Shown piece after piece: positions 1 to 7,045 of a stretch of 39,708 nucleotides of DNA. The DNA comes from Candidatus Methanophagales archaeon (GTDB taxonomy: Archaea; Halobacteriota; Syntropharchaeia; Alkanophagales; Methanospirareceae), in the NCBI GenBank assembly GCA_030612405.1, contig JAUWNY010000001.1:1-39708 (forward strand), given 5' to 3'. Each line of letters starts with the position of its first letter. Within the stretch, counting starts at the first letter, position 1. The notes below the pieces were generated by a model. That model was not told the origin of the DNA and ran no database searches. It saw nothing but the letters and a program-made list of their open reading frames with translations. A program made the position numbers and the translations under genes.

Positions 1-61
1 ATTGGGCTAACGCCTAAAGAGCGTCCAAGACGCCGTGATGGAACCGGTCCATAGACTATTT

Positions 62-925
62 TCATTTTATACCTCCCCACACATCCTTTATCGCATCTGA
101 TACTCGCCCATCCGAGAATTCAACCACAGGCATACCTGCAACCATCGCCTCGGTGACCACGGGGTCGTAAGGAATGTTTCCAACCATCTCCACTCCTCGC
201 TGCCGGCAAAACTCGGTAATCCTGTTGCTGTTCTCCTCATTAATGTCGTATTTGTTGATGCAGACGATTGAATCAATCCCAAAATGTCTGGTCACATCCA
301 GGATTCGTTCGAGGTCATGCAGTCCGGACATCGTGGGCTCGGTAACGATGAGTGCAAGGTCCACGCCAGTCAAGGACGCAATTACCGGACAGCCGATGCC
401 TGGTGCCCCGTCAATCAAAATGAGTTCACAACTTTCCTTTTCCGCAACCTGCTGTGCCGTGTTTCTAACAACGGTAACCAGCTTTCCAGACGCTTCTTCC
501 GCGATATTTAGCTGCGCATGAGCCATCATGCCATATTTCGTCTTTGATATAAAAGAATACCCAGAGACCCGCTCTTTAAGCGTAAGTGCCTCCTGCGGAC
601 ACGTAAACACACAGGCGCCACAACCCTCACAACGTGCGGGATTGACTGCATAACCTGATTCTTCGGTCAAAGCTATCGCATTGAATCTACATGTTTCTTC
701 GCATATTCCGCACTCGGTACACAGCGTTTTATCCATAACGGCAACTTTCAGGCCTTTAAACTCCTCTCTCTCTATGATTTCCGGATGCAACAGCAGATGG
801 AGGTCTGGTGCGTCCACATCGCAGTCTGCAATGACTTTGTTCTCTGCGAGGGCGGCGAACGAGCCCACAAGGGTTGTCTTCCCCGTGCCTCCTTTTCCAC
901 TAATAACCGTTAGTTGTTTCAACAC
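62..925 (-). CDS. MinD/CooC-family P-loop ATPase with inserted 2x[4Fe-4S] ferredoxin domain (COG1149-type)
   Basis: 287-aa ORF with a GTG start. Walker [10 protein letters not shown] lies near the N-terminus. Ferredoxin motifs [11 protein letters not shown] and [11 protein letters not shown] are present. MinD-like body with [10 protein letters not shown]. Paralog of 1009..1854. Confidence 0.85.
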   Translation of the reverse strand: MLKQLTVISGKGGTGKTTLVGSFAALAENKVIADCDVDAPDLHLLLHPEIIEREEFKGLKVAVMDKTLCTECGICEETCRFNAIALTEESGYAVNPARCEGCGACVFTCPQEALTLKERVSGYSFISKTKYGMMAHAQLNIAEEASGKLVTVVRNTAQQVAEKESCELILIDGAPGIGCPVIASLTGVDLALIVTEPTMSGLHDLERILDVTRHFGIDSIVCINKYDINEENSNRITEFCRQRGVEMVGNIPYDPVVTEAMVAGMPVVEFSDGRVSDAIKDVWGGIK

Positions 926-980
926 TTTTTCTTTTTCATAAAAAGAAAACCTGTGCTAAAAGAAAAATACAAAAAAAGGT

Positions 981-1011
981 TCTCGTGAAAATCTGTGTAA
1001 TCTTGTGGTTA
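981..1011. repeat. 31-nt intergenic repeat unit (copy a): tctcgtgaaaatctgtgtaatcttgtggtta
   Basis: Matches 18720-18750 at 30/31 positions. Its reverse complement matches 14741-14771 at 29/31. The terminal tta (1009-1011) is the stop codon of CDS 1009..1854. Confidence 0.8.
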
Positions 1012-1854
1012 TAAGAGAACTTTATCAATTATCCCCGCGAACTGCTCCTTCCACTCGGGCATCTCCTTCACAAATGGCACGCCCTCGGAATAGCACCGTG
1101 CTATCTGCCTGTCATACGGAATCTCAAGCAAAATCGGTATTCCCTCCTTCTCGCAGTGCTCATAGACTTTTCGATCCCCAATCCCCGCTTTATTTATCAC
1201 CACGCCAAAAGGGATCTTTAGCACCCTGAGCACCCCAATCGCAAGCCTCAAATCGTAGAGCCCAAACGGCGTGGGTTCAGTCACAAGCACGCAGTAATCA
1301 CTGCCTTGCACCGCAGCAATCACCGGGCATGCCGTTCCCGGCGAGACATCAATAATCACGGTCTTTTCTGGATTAAGTTCCTCTTTTACCTGGTCGATCA
1401 GCGGTGTTGCCATCACCTCTCCGATATTCAACACCCCGTACACGAGTTCAATGTCAATGTTGCCGTCACCGCTTTTTCCTGTTTTTATAACGCCAATCTC
1501 CCTTGATGCCTCGCTGATTGCATCCTGCGGGCATACCAGGGCGCATAACCCACAGCCGTGGCAAAGTTCAGGGAATATCATAACTTTTTTGGAAGGCACA
1601 ACAACAAGGGCGTTGTATTCACACGCTGCAGCACACTTCCCGCAGTAATCACACCGATCGTAATTGACCGTTGGCACCAGCGTATATGCCGGCTTTACCA
1701 CCTCGTTCACCGGATTAAGGAAGATATGTGCATTTGGCTCTTCAACGTCGCAATCGAGTAGCTGTACTTGTACGTTCGGGAGCGACAGCGCAAGATTAAC
1801 TGCTACGGTGGTCTTTCCCGTACCGCCTTTGCCACTTGCTACCGCAATAATCAT
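1009..1854 (-). CDS. MinD/CooC-family P-loop ATPase with inserted 2x[4Fe-4S] ferredoxin domain (COG1149-type), second paralog
   Basis: 281 aa. Walker [10 protein letters not shown]. Ferredoxin motifs CDYCGKCAAAC and CHGCGLCALVC. Same architecture as 62..925. Confidence 0.85.
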   Translation of the reverse strand: MIIAVASGKGGTGKTTVAVNLALSLPNVQVQLLDCDVEEPNAHIFLNPVNEVVKPAYTLVPTVNYDRCDYCGKCAAACEYNALVVVPSKKVMIFPELCHGCGLCALVCPQDAISEASREIGVIKTGKSGDGNIDIELVYGVLNIGEVMATPLIDQVKEELNPEKTVIIDVSPGTACPVIAAVQGSDYCVLVTEPTPFGLYDLRLAIGVLRVLKIPFGVVINKAGIGDRKVYEHCEKEGIPILLEIPYDRQIARCYSEGVPFVKEMPEWKEQFAGIIDKVLL

Positions 1855-1896
1855 CTGTTCACCGTTGTGCTGTGTTGCATTACGTTGCGAGCATTA

Positions 1897-2256
1897 TTAA
1901 TGCCGGTGCATTTTACACGCATTGGCATCGCTGGCTTCGACAAGCTTTCCGGCTTGAAAAGCCCTTATTGCTTCGCTCACCGTGCCACTGGCGCCCACAT
2001 ACACTTCTATCCCCAACTGCTCAAACATGCCGATTGCACGCGGTCCTAATCCCGAACAGAGCATTATTTCAGCACCTGCACCTGCTACGAGCTCCGGCGT
2101 ATTGCCTACACCGCCAAAATGTTCACCCGTGTTCTGCACAATTTCCACCTCGTTATTCACTATATCCACAACAGTAAACGTTGGCGCTCTTCCAAAGTGC
2201 TCGCTTACAAAATCGTCTAATCCTCCATTTCCCAGTGTTGGTACACATAGTTTCAT
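1897..2256 (-). CDS. NifX/NafY/NifB-C-terminal-like protein (dinitrogenase FeMo-cofactor-binding fold, COG1433-type)
   Basis: 119 aa. The pattern KLCVPT..G..D..VSEHFGRAPTFTVVD and GAEIMLCSGLGPRAIGMFEQLGIEVY is typical of stand-alone NifX-like domains. Confidence 0.8.
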   Translation of the reverse strand: MKLCVPTLGNGGLDDFVSEHFGRAPTFTVVDIVNNEVEIVQNTGEHFGGVGNTPELVAGAGAEIMLCSGLGPRAIGMFEQLGIEVYVGASGTVSEAIRAFQAGKLVEASDANACKMHRH

Positions 2257-2295
2257 ACTCTTACATTACCCCCTCTCTTTTTAATTTTCCTTTGC

Positions 2296-2463
2296 CTACT
2301 TGCAAAATGGACAACTACCGCCAGAACAACCGACATCCGCTGCCATACTGTTCTCCCCGTATAGCTTCGACCAGCACTCCTGGCAAACCATAATGCGTCC
2401 AAGCTCTTTGTGGTCTGCTTCCATTCTACTCCCTTCTTTTCCACACAGTTCGCATATACCCAT
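2296..2463 (-). CDS. Small Cys-rich protein (55 aa, zinc-ribbon-like), not in the supplied ORF track
   Basis: Hand translation gives MGICELCGKEGSRMEADHKELGRIMVCQECWSKLYGENSMAADVGCSGGSCPFCK. It has two CxxC pairs plus CxxxxCxxC. It fills the gap between 2256 and 2509 on the operon strand, and gggggt lies 9 nt upstream of the ATG. Confidence 0.45.
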   Translation of the reverse strand: MGICELCGKEGSRMEADHKELGRIMVCQECWSKLYGENSMAADVGCSGGSCPFCK

Positions 2464-2508
2464 TTTGTTTTACCCCCAGTTTCTAATTAACTCCTTCCTC
2501 TCCAAACT

Positions 2509-2826
2509 TTACTTTCTCAGTTCTTCCAATCTCTTCTTTATCTGCTCTAACTGGTCACCAAGCATCTTCGCCTGCGATTCAAGCATAGAAATCTCCTGTT
2601 CTTTTGGCACTGTCGGCATGCCCATTGGTGCAACAGGCGCGCCTGTCGGCACTTGCTGCTGTATCCATGAAGCAAACTGCGGCATCTGTCCTGTTTGAGC
2701 AAGATACTGCGCACCTGGCGGCATTCCCGTGGGAGTTCTACCTACCCAGCCTGGCGAATATCCAAACCTCATCCAGCCTGGCAAACCAGTCAGATAATAC
2801 ATGTTTCTCCATCTATTTCCTCCCAT
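2509..2826 (-). CDS. DUF5320-like protein (P/G/M-rich N-terminal part plus C-terminal coiled coil)
   Basis: 105 aa. The C-terminal heptad segment KEQEISMLESQAKMLGDQLEQIKKRLEELRK parallels the C-terminus of 3281..3913. Family assignment is from memory of the DUF5320 pattern. Confidence 0.6.
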   Translation of the reverse strand: MGGNRWRNMYYLTGLPGWMRFGYSPGWVGRTPTGMPPGAQYLAQTGQMPQFASWIQQQVPTGAPVAPMGMPTVPKEQEISMLESQAKMLGDQLEQIKKRLEELRK

Positions 2827-2853
2827 TTTTTTCTTTTCACCTCCTAAACTTTT

Positions 2854-3057
2854 TTACGGTCTTGTCATTTTAGACCCGCATTTCGGGCAAGTCTGCTGAT
2901 AGCATGACACCCCGACTTGATGTGGCATTGTATATCCGCAATTTGGGCATCTGCATTCTCCACCGGGTCCCAATCCACTGCCACCCATTCTTCCTTGCCC
3001 TTGACCTCCTCGTCCTATTCCTTGACCTCTTCCTCCTCCTCTTCCCATGCCACTCAT
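2854..3057 (-). CDS. Gly/Arg-rich mini-protein with C-terminal zinc ribbon
   Basis: 67 aa. The N-terminus is GRGGGRGQGIGRGGQGQGRMGG, followed by CRCPNCG...CPKCG. ATG start. One nt separates it from the stop of 3059..3274. Confidence 0.6.
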   Translation of the reverse strand: MSGMGRGGGRGQGIGRGGQGQGRMGGSGLGPGGECRCPNCGYTMPHQVGVSCYQQTCPKCGSKMTRP

Positions 3058-3058
3058 T

Positions 3059-3274
3059 TTATCTTATCCACCTCCCGTAAGAATACGGATAGCCATAATA
3101 TGGCACGGGGTATGTTCCCAGAGATGGAGCCATTGCACCATACATTCCTGTCCACCACCTTCTGGGAAGCCATGGGAAATTCCTGCAGTATGGATAAGGG
3201 TTGCCCATTCCCATACCTCTCCCGGGTCCAAAGCCAGACCAAAAACCTCTTCCAAAACCTCTTCCTCTTGCCAT
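3059..3274 (-). CDS. G/R/P/Y-rich mini-protein (resembles the N-terminal half of DUF5320)
   Basis: 71 aa, MARGRGFGRGFWSGFGPGRGMGMGNPYPYC.... This frame was chosen over two overlapping ORFs because it packs at 1 nt and 6 nt from its neighbours and shares their GRG composition. Confidence 0.45.
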   Translation of the reverse strand: MARGRGFGRGFWSGFGPGRGMGMGNPYPYCRNFPWLPRRWWTGMYGAMAPSLGTYPVPYYGYPYSYGRWIR

Positions 3275-3280
3275 TTTTTT

Positions 3281-3913
3281 TCACCCCCTTTTAAGTTCTT
3301 CTATTCTCTTCTTCACTTCTTCTAAATCATTCGCCAGTCTATTTGCCATGTTCGATAGTTCTTCGATTTCTTCTTCTTTCGTTCGAGGCGTTATTGGTGC
3401 CTGCGGCACTTGTGGCTGTGGTTGTGGTTGCGAAGGCATTGGTTGCTGCATGCCAAGTCCCATGCCCACGCCACGTCCTCTACCGCCACCTCGTCCTCCG
3501 CCCATGCCCATGCCAAATCCGCCACCTGGTGCAGTAGCACCCATACCCGCATGAGCAGCAACTGTCGAACCCCCCGCCTCGTTAAGCTTACCGCCTTTGT
3601 ACATCTCAACAGCTTCTTTCACCGTGCCATACGCACCGGTTGCGATTTTCACATCGGCGGTGGAAAGCACCTGAAAGGCATTGGGACCTATATTTCCTGA
3701 GATAAGCACGTTCGCTCCTTTATTCACTACTGTCTGCGCCGCTTGAATCCCTGCTCCTCCCGGTGCAGCGATCGCTTTGTTTGCCATCGCTTCGAACGCC
3801 ATCGTATCCGAATCAATGAATACAAAGTATTGACACCTGCCAAACCTTGGGTCTACCTGCGCATTCAAATCCCCTGTCGTTGCAGTTACGCACATCTTCA
3901 TCCTTCTTTTCAC
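3281..3913 (-). CDS. NifX-like domain fused to a GMG/GRG low-complexity linker and a DUF5320-like coiled coil
   Basis: 210 aa. The N-terminal ~115 aa carry DPRFGRCQYFVFID and GANVLISGNIGPNAFQVL (NifX-like). Next comes GGGFGMGMGGGRGGGRGRGVGMGLG and a QPQPQPQ tract, then KEEEIEELSNMANRLANDLEEVKKRIEELK. Confidence 0.8.
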   Translation of the reverse strand: MKRRMKMCVTATTGDLNAQVDPRFGRCQYFVFIDSDTMAFEAMANKAIAAPGGAGIQAAQTVVNKGANVLISGNIGPNAFQVLSTADVKIATGAYGTVKEAVEMYKGGKLNEAGGSTVAAHAGMGATAPGGGFGMGMGGGRGGGRGRGVGMGLGMQQPMPSQPQPQPQVPQAPITPRTKEEEIEELSNMANRLANDLEEVKKRIEELKRG

Positions 3914-3947
3914 CTTTTCCCTTTTTTTACTTTTTTTCCCTCTTTAT

Positions 3948-3963
3948 ATGAATATATATTCAT
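3948..3963. promoter_or_regulatory. 16-bp perfect palindrome ATGAATATATATTCAT, 35 bp upstream of the 3281..3913 start
   Basis: Self-complementary by direct reading. The 14-mer ATGAATATATATTC recurs at 5269-5282. It could be a TATA element, an operator, or both. Confidence 0.4.
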
Positions 3964-3982
3964 TACGATATAAAAAGGCAAT

Positions 3983-4849
3983 TTACTTCTTTTGTGTTTT
4001 ACCTTCCACAAATACCCGCACATTTTCCACTATGTGCTCAAACGCTTCCTTCACCTTCGATTCCTTTTGCATGACAAAAGGTGTGCCCGCATCCGCAGCT
4101 TCTACCATCTTCGGGTCGAGCGGCACTCTGCCGAGGAAAGGCACACCCAACTCGCTCGCCGCCCGCTCACCACCGCCGTATTTGAAAATGTTTATCTGTT
4201 TGCCGCAGTAAGGGCATGTAAATCCGCTCATGTTCTCGATTATCCCTATCACAGGTACTTTCAGCACACCCGAGAAGTTCACTGCCTTTCTCGAATCCAG
4301 TAATGCTAAATCCTGCGGTGTCGTAACGATTATCGCACCATCCACGTTTTTTATCAACTGCGCAACACTTAACGGTTCGTCCCCTGTCCCCGGCGGAAGG
4401 TCAACGACCAGATAGTCCAGCTCACCCCAATCCACGTCTGAGAGGAACTGTCGTATCGCATTCATCTTCATCGGTCCCCGCCAGATAATAGGAGAATCCC
4501 GGTCAGGCAGCAGAAACCCTATTGACATCGCTTTCAGCCTCGGTGTGACCAAAATTGGCGACATTTTATCCCCTGATACCTCTGGTCGCTTGTCCTCTAT
4601 TCCCAGTATCTTCGGCACGTCAGGTCCGTGTATATCGGCATCCATCAACCCCACGTCTAAACCCCTCATTCCAAGAGCAAAAGCGAGATTCGCTGCTACC
4701 GTCGTTTTCCCTACTCCCCCCTTTCCACTCATCACCATTATCTTGTACTTTACCTTCTCCATACTCGCTTTCAACGCCGCGTCTTCCTCCTTCCTCATCT
4801 TCTCTTTTTCTTTCTCTCCTTCCGTTCCCATAGTCATAGTCATAGTCAT
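3983..4849 (-). CDS. Mrp/NBP35/ApbC-family Fe-S cluster carrier ATPase
   Basis: 288 aa. Deviant Walker [11 protein letters not shown]. The motifs [17 protein letters not shown] and the cluster-bridging CPYCG are all typical of Mrp/NBP35. Confidence 0.9.
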   Translation of the reverse strand: MTMTMTMGTEGEKEKEKMRKEEDAALKASMEKVKYKIMVMSGKGGVGKTTVAANLAFALGMRGLDVGLMDADIHGPDVPKILGIEDKRPEVSGDKMSPILVTPRLKAMSIGFLLPDRDSPIIWRGPMKMNAIRQFLSDVDWGELDYLVVDLPPGTGDEPLSVAQLIKNVDGAIIVTTPQDLALLDSRKAVNFSGVLKVPVIGIIENMSGFTCPYCGKQINIFKYGGGERAASELGVPFLGRVPLDPKMVEAADAGTPFVMQKESKVKEAFEHIVENVRVFVEGKTQKK

Positions 4850-4851
4850 AA

Positions 4852-5259
4852 TTATACCTTATCCTCGAAATTAAAAGAAGCTAAATGTCCTCTTCCTCCT
4901 CTGTGCTTTCCACCTCCACACCGAGCAGGCATTTTGCATTCCGCAAACACATAGCTCCCGCCCTCTATCCTTATGGCTTTCCCTTCGACAAAGGCTTCTG
5001 CTATTTTTCGATGTGCTTCAGTTATTATTCGATGGAACGTAGGCTGCGAAATATCCATTAACTTCGCCGATTCCGCCTGGTCGAGCCGCAAATAATCTTT
5101 CAGCCTTATGCTCTCTAACTCCTCCACCTTCAATATTTTTTCGGTTTTGGGATTATAGAAGCCCATCCCCCGTGCTCCTGCCCCTGCCATTGCCCTTGGC
5201 TCGAAGTAAAGGAAGTTTGGCTGAAAACCAACACATCTTACTCGTCTTGCATCACGCAT
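4852..5259 (-). CDS. DUF134 (UPF0251) family putative DNA-binding protein
   Basis: 135 aa. The N-terminus [18 protein letters not shown] matches the DUF134 signature. An HTH-like segment [31 protein letters not shown] is present. First gene of the minus-strand operon. Confidence 0.8.
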   Translation of the reverse strand: MRDARRVRCVGFQPNFLYFEPRAMAGAGARGMGFYNPKTEKILKVEELESIRLKDYLRLDQAESAKLMDISQPTFHRIITEAHRKIAEAFVEGKAIRIEGGSYVFAECKMPARCGGGKHRGGRGHLASFNFEDKV

Positions 5260-5268
5260 AATCCCTGT

Positions 5269-5282
5269 ATGAATATATATTC
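5269..5282. promoter_or_regulatory. Second copy of the ATGAATATATATTC motif, in the 67-bp divergent intergenic region
   Basis: Identical 14-mer to 3948-3961. It lies 10 bp upstream of the DUF134 ATG (5259) and 45 bp upstream of the ATG at 5327. Confidence 0.4.
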
Positions 5283-5326
5283 TCAGATATAAGTAAAATA
5301 AATAAAATAGGAGCTATATTAAAATC

Positions 5327-6601
5327 ATGGGGACTGCAAGGAAGAAGGAAAAGAGCAGGGAAAGGGAAAGAGAGGAAAAGATAAGGATTGCTCAGGTTTC
5401 CTGTGGCACCGTATATGGGAACGTGCAAAAAGAGATAGAAAAAGTTGCTACGGAGATAGGAGCCGAGATATTTGTGCCCGAAGTTGACCTTGACTATGTA
5501 GCATCGAAAGTAGACGAATTTGGATATGACCTTAAGAACAGCATTGGATTAAGTGTAGCATTGGCAAGAGGGTACGCGGTGGCTGAGGGGTTATGCGATG
5601 CGGATGCCGTATTTATTGCAGGCTGTCACAAGTGTCCACGAGGAGCGATTATAAGGACGGAAATAAGGAAGATAATACAGGATAAGACAACCTTGCCGCT
5701 TGTTATGTATCCTTTTTCGGAGCGGACGAAAGCGGGTGAATTGATGACGAGAATGGAAGCATTGATTACGATAGTGAAGCGGAGATGGATACTGGAAAGG
5801 AGGAAACAGGAGGGACTCACGGCGGGTATAGATTCGGGCTCCACAACGACAAAAGCAGTGATAATGCAGGATGATGAGGTGTTGGGCGCTACATGGACTC
5901 CAACGGGGGACGTAATAAAAACGGGAGAGCGTGTTTTTGCGAAGGCGCTGGAAATCGCAGGTGTGAAAAGGGAGGACATAGAGGCGATAGGGACGACCGG
6001 CTACGGTAGATATGCGTTAGGTGAGCATTTCAACGCGGACCTGGTGCAAGAAGAGCTGACCGTAAACTCAAAGGCTGCGATGTATCTTGCGGGAATAGAA
6101 AAGGGAGAGGCAATGATTATTGACATCGGCGGTATGGACAACAAGATAATAACGGCAAAAGACGGCATCCCTGACAACTTCACGATGGGTGGGATATGCG
6201 CAGGTGCTTCGGGAAGGTTCCTGGAGATGGTGGCACGTAGATTGGGTGTAGACGTGGTAGAGATGGGGCAGTTGGCTATGGAAGGCGACGCGCATAAAGT
6301 AAAGACCGATAGCTACTGCATCGTTTTTGGTATTCAGGACCTCGTATCCGCATTGTCAAGCGGGGCGAGACGCGAAGACGTTGCGGCGGCTGCATGTCAT
6401 TCCGTAGTAGAACAGGTAAAAGAGCAGTTGTTACAGGAAATAGACCTCAGGCAGCCTGCGATAGAAGTTGGCGGTACTGCACTGGTGGAGGGCGTGCCGG
6501 CGGCGATGAATGACGTATTGGGATTTGATGTCATTGTGCCGAAATACCCACAGTACATCGGTGCCGTGGGCGGGGCGCTGCTCTCTTCGTCTTTCAGGTA
6601 A
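5327..6601 (+). CDS. BadF/BadG/BcrA/BcrD-type ATPase (acyl-CoA dehydratase activase-like) with an ~165-aa N-terminal extension; architecture like methanogenesis marker protein 15
   Basis: 424 aa. ASKHA phosphate-1 motif GIDSGSTTTKAVIM at about residue 167. Later motifs IDIGGMDNKII and VGGTAL. The Mmp15 assignment rests on architecture only. Confidence 0.7.
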   Translation: MGTARKKEKSREREREEKIRIAQVSCGTVYGNVQKEIEKVATEIGAEIFVPEVDLDYVASKVDEFGYDLKNSIGLSVALARGYAVAEGLCDADAVFIAGCHKCPRGAIIRTEIRKIIQDKTTLPLVMYPFSERTKAGELMTRMEALITIVKRRWILERRKQEGLTAGIDSGSTTTKAVIMQDDEVLGATWTPTGDVIKTGERVFAKALEIAGVKREDIEAIGTTGYGRYALGEHFNADLVQEELTVNSKAAMYLAGIEKGEAMIIDIGGMDNKIITAKDGIPDNFTMGGICAGASGRFLEMVARRLGVDVVEMGQLAMEGDAHKVKTDSYCIVFGIQDLVSALSSGARREDVAAAACHSVVEQVKEQLLQEIDLRQPAIEVGGTALVEGVPAAMNDVLGFDVIVPKYPQYIGAVGGALLSSSFR

Positions 6602-6610
6602 AGTAAAGCC

Positions 6611-7027
6611 ATGTTACGATTTATTGGTGTGGTGGAGAAGGCGAACGAAAGGGGAATATCAAAGATACGAATTTTTGATGAATTTCGTGAGGGTTTGGAA
6701 GGATTAGATACCTTCTCGCATATTATCATCCTCTACGGGTTTCATTTACGAGCTACTGAGGAGAGAAGGAGGGTTTTAAAAGTAATTCCAATGGGGTGTG
6801 CGGGAAACCCAAAAGTGGGTGTGTTCGCCTCCAGGAGCCCAAGCAGACCTAATTGTATCGGATTGTGCGTAGCGGAACTGGCGAAACGGGAAGGGAATAT
6901 TTTATCGGTGAAAGGGCTCGACGCTTTTGAAGGCTCGCCGATAATCGACATTAAGCCGTACATCCCACGAATAGATGCATTCCCTGAAGCTGCAGTTCCG
7001 CAGTGGGCTCGTGCTCGTCACCCTTAA
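6611..7027 (+). CDS. TsaA/TrmO-like (UPF0066/YaeB) SAM-dependent methyltransferase domain protein
   Basis: 138 aa. GVFASRSPSRPNCIGLCVAELAKREGNILSVKGLDAFEGSPIIDIKPY matches the TrmO N-terminal beta-barrel signature. Confidence 0.75.
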   Translation: MLRFIGVVEKANERGISKIRIFDEFREGLEGLDTFSHIIILYGFHLRATEERRRVLKVIPMGCAGNPKVGVFASRSPSRPNCIGLCVAELAKREGNILSVKGLDAFEGSPIIDIKPYIPRIDAFPEAAVPQWARARHP

Positions 7028-7045
7028 ATATGCTGGCTAAGAAGG

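Noticed and set aside
1-61. A possible gene or RNA at the left edge
   Set aside because: There are only 61 nt with no long open frame on either strand and no tRNA-like cloverleaf or T-loop box. This is too little sequence to support a call.
2253-2444. Track ORF 2253..2444 (-), 63 aa
   Set aside because: It overlaps the start of the NifX-like gene and has an odd W/R-rich composition. The Cys-rich 55-aa ORF in another frame (2296..2463) is the more plausible coding sequence for this gap.
3054-3284. Alternative overlapping minus-strand ORFs 3054..3284 (76 aa) and 3064..3255 (63 aa)
   Set aside because: Only the 3059..3274 frame packs cleanly between its neighbours (1-nt and 6-nt gaps) and shares their GRG-rich composition. 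The other frames overlap adjacent genes or have unremarkable composition.
62-5259. A nitrogen-fixation (nif) gene cluster, suggested by the NifX-like domains and NifH-like P-loop ATPases
   Set aside because: No NifH signature, no NifD/K/E/N and no radical-SAM NifB core are present. The ATPases are MinD/CooC/Mrp-type with ferredoxin inserts. I treat it as an orphan metallocluster operon instead.
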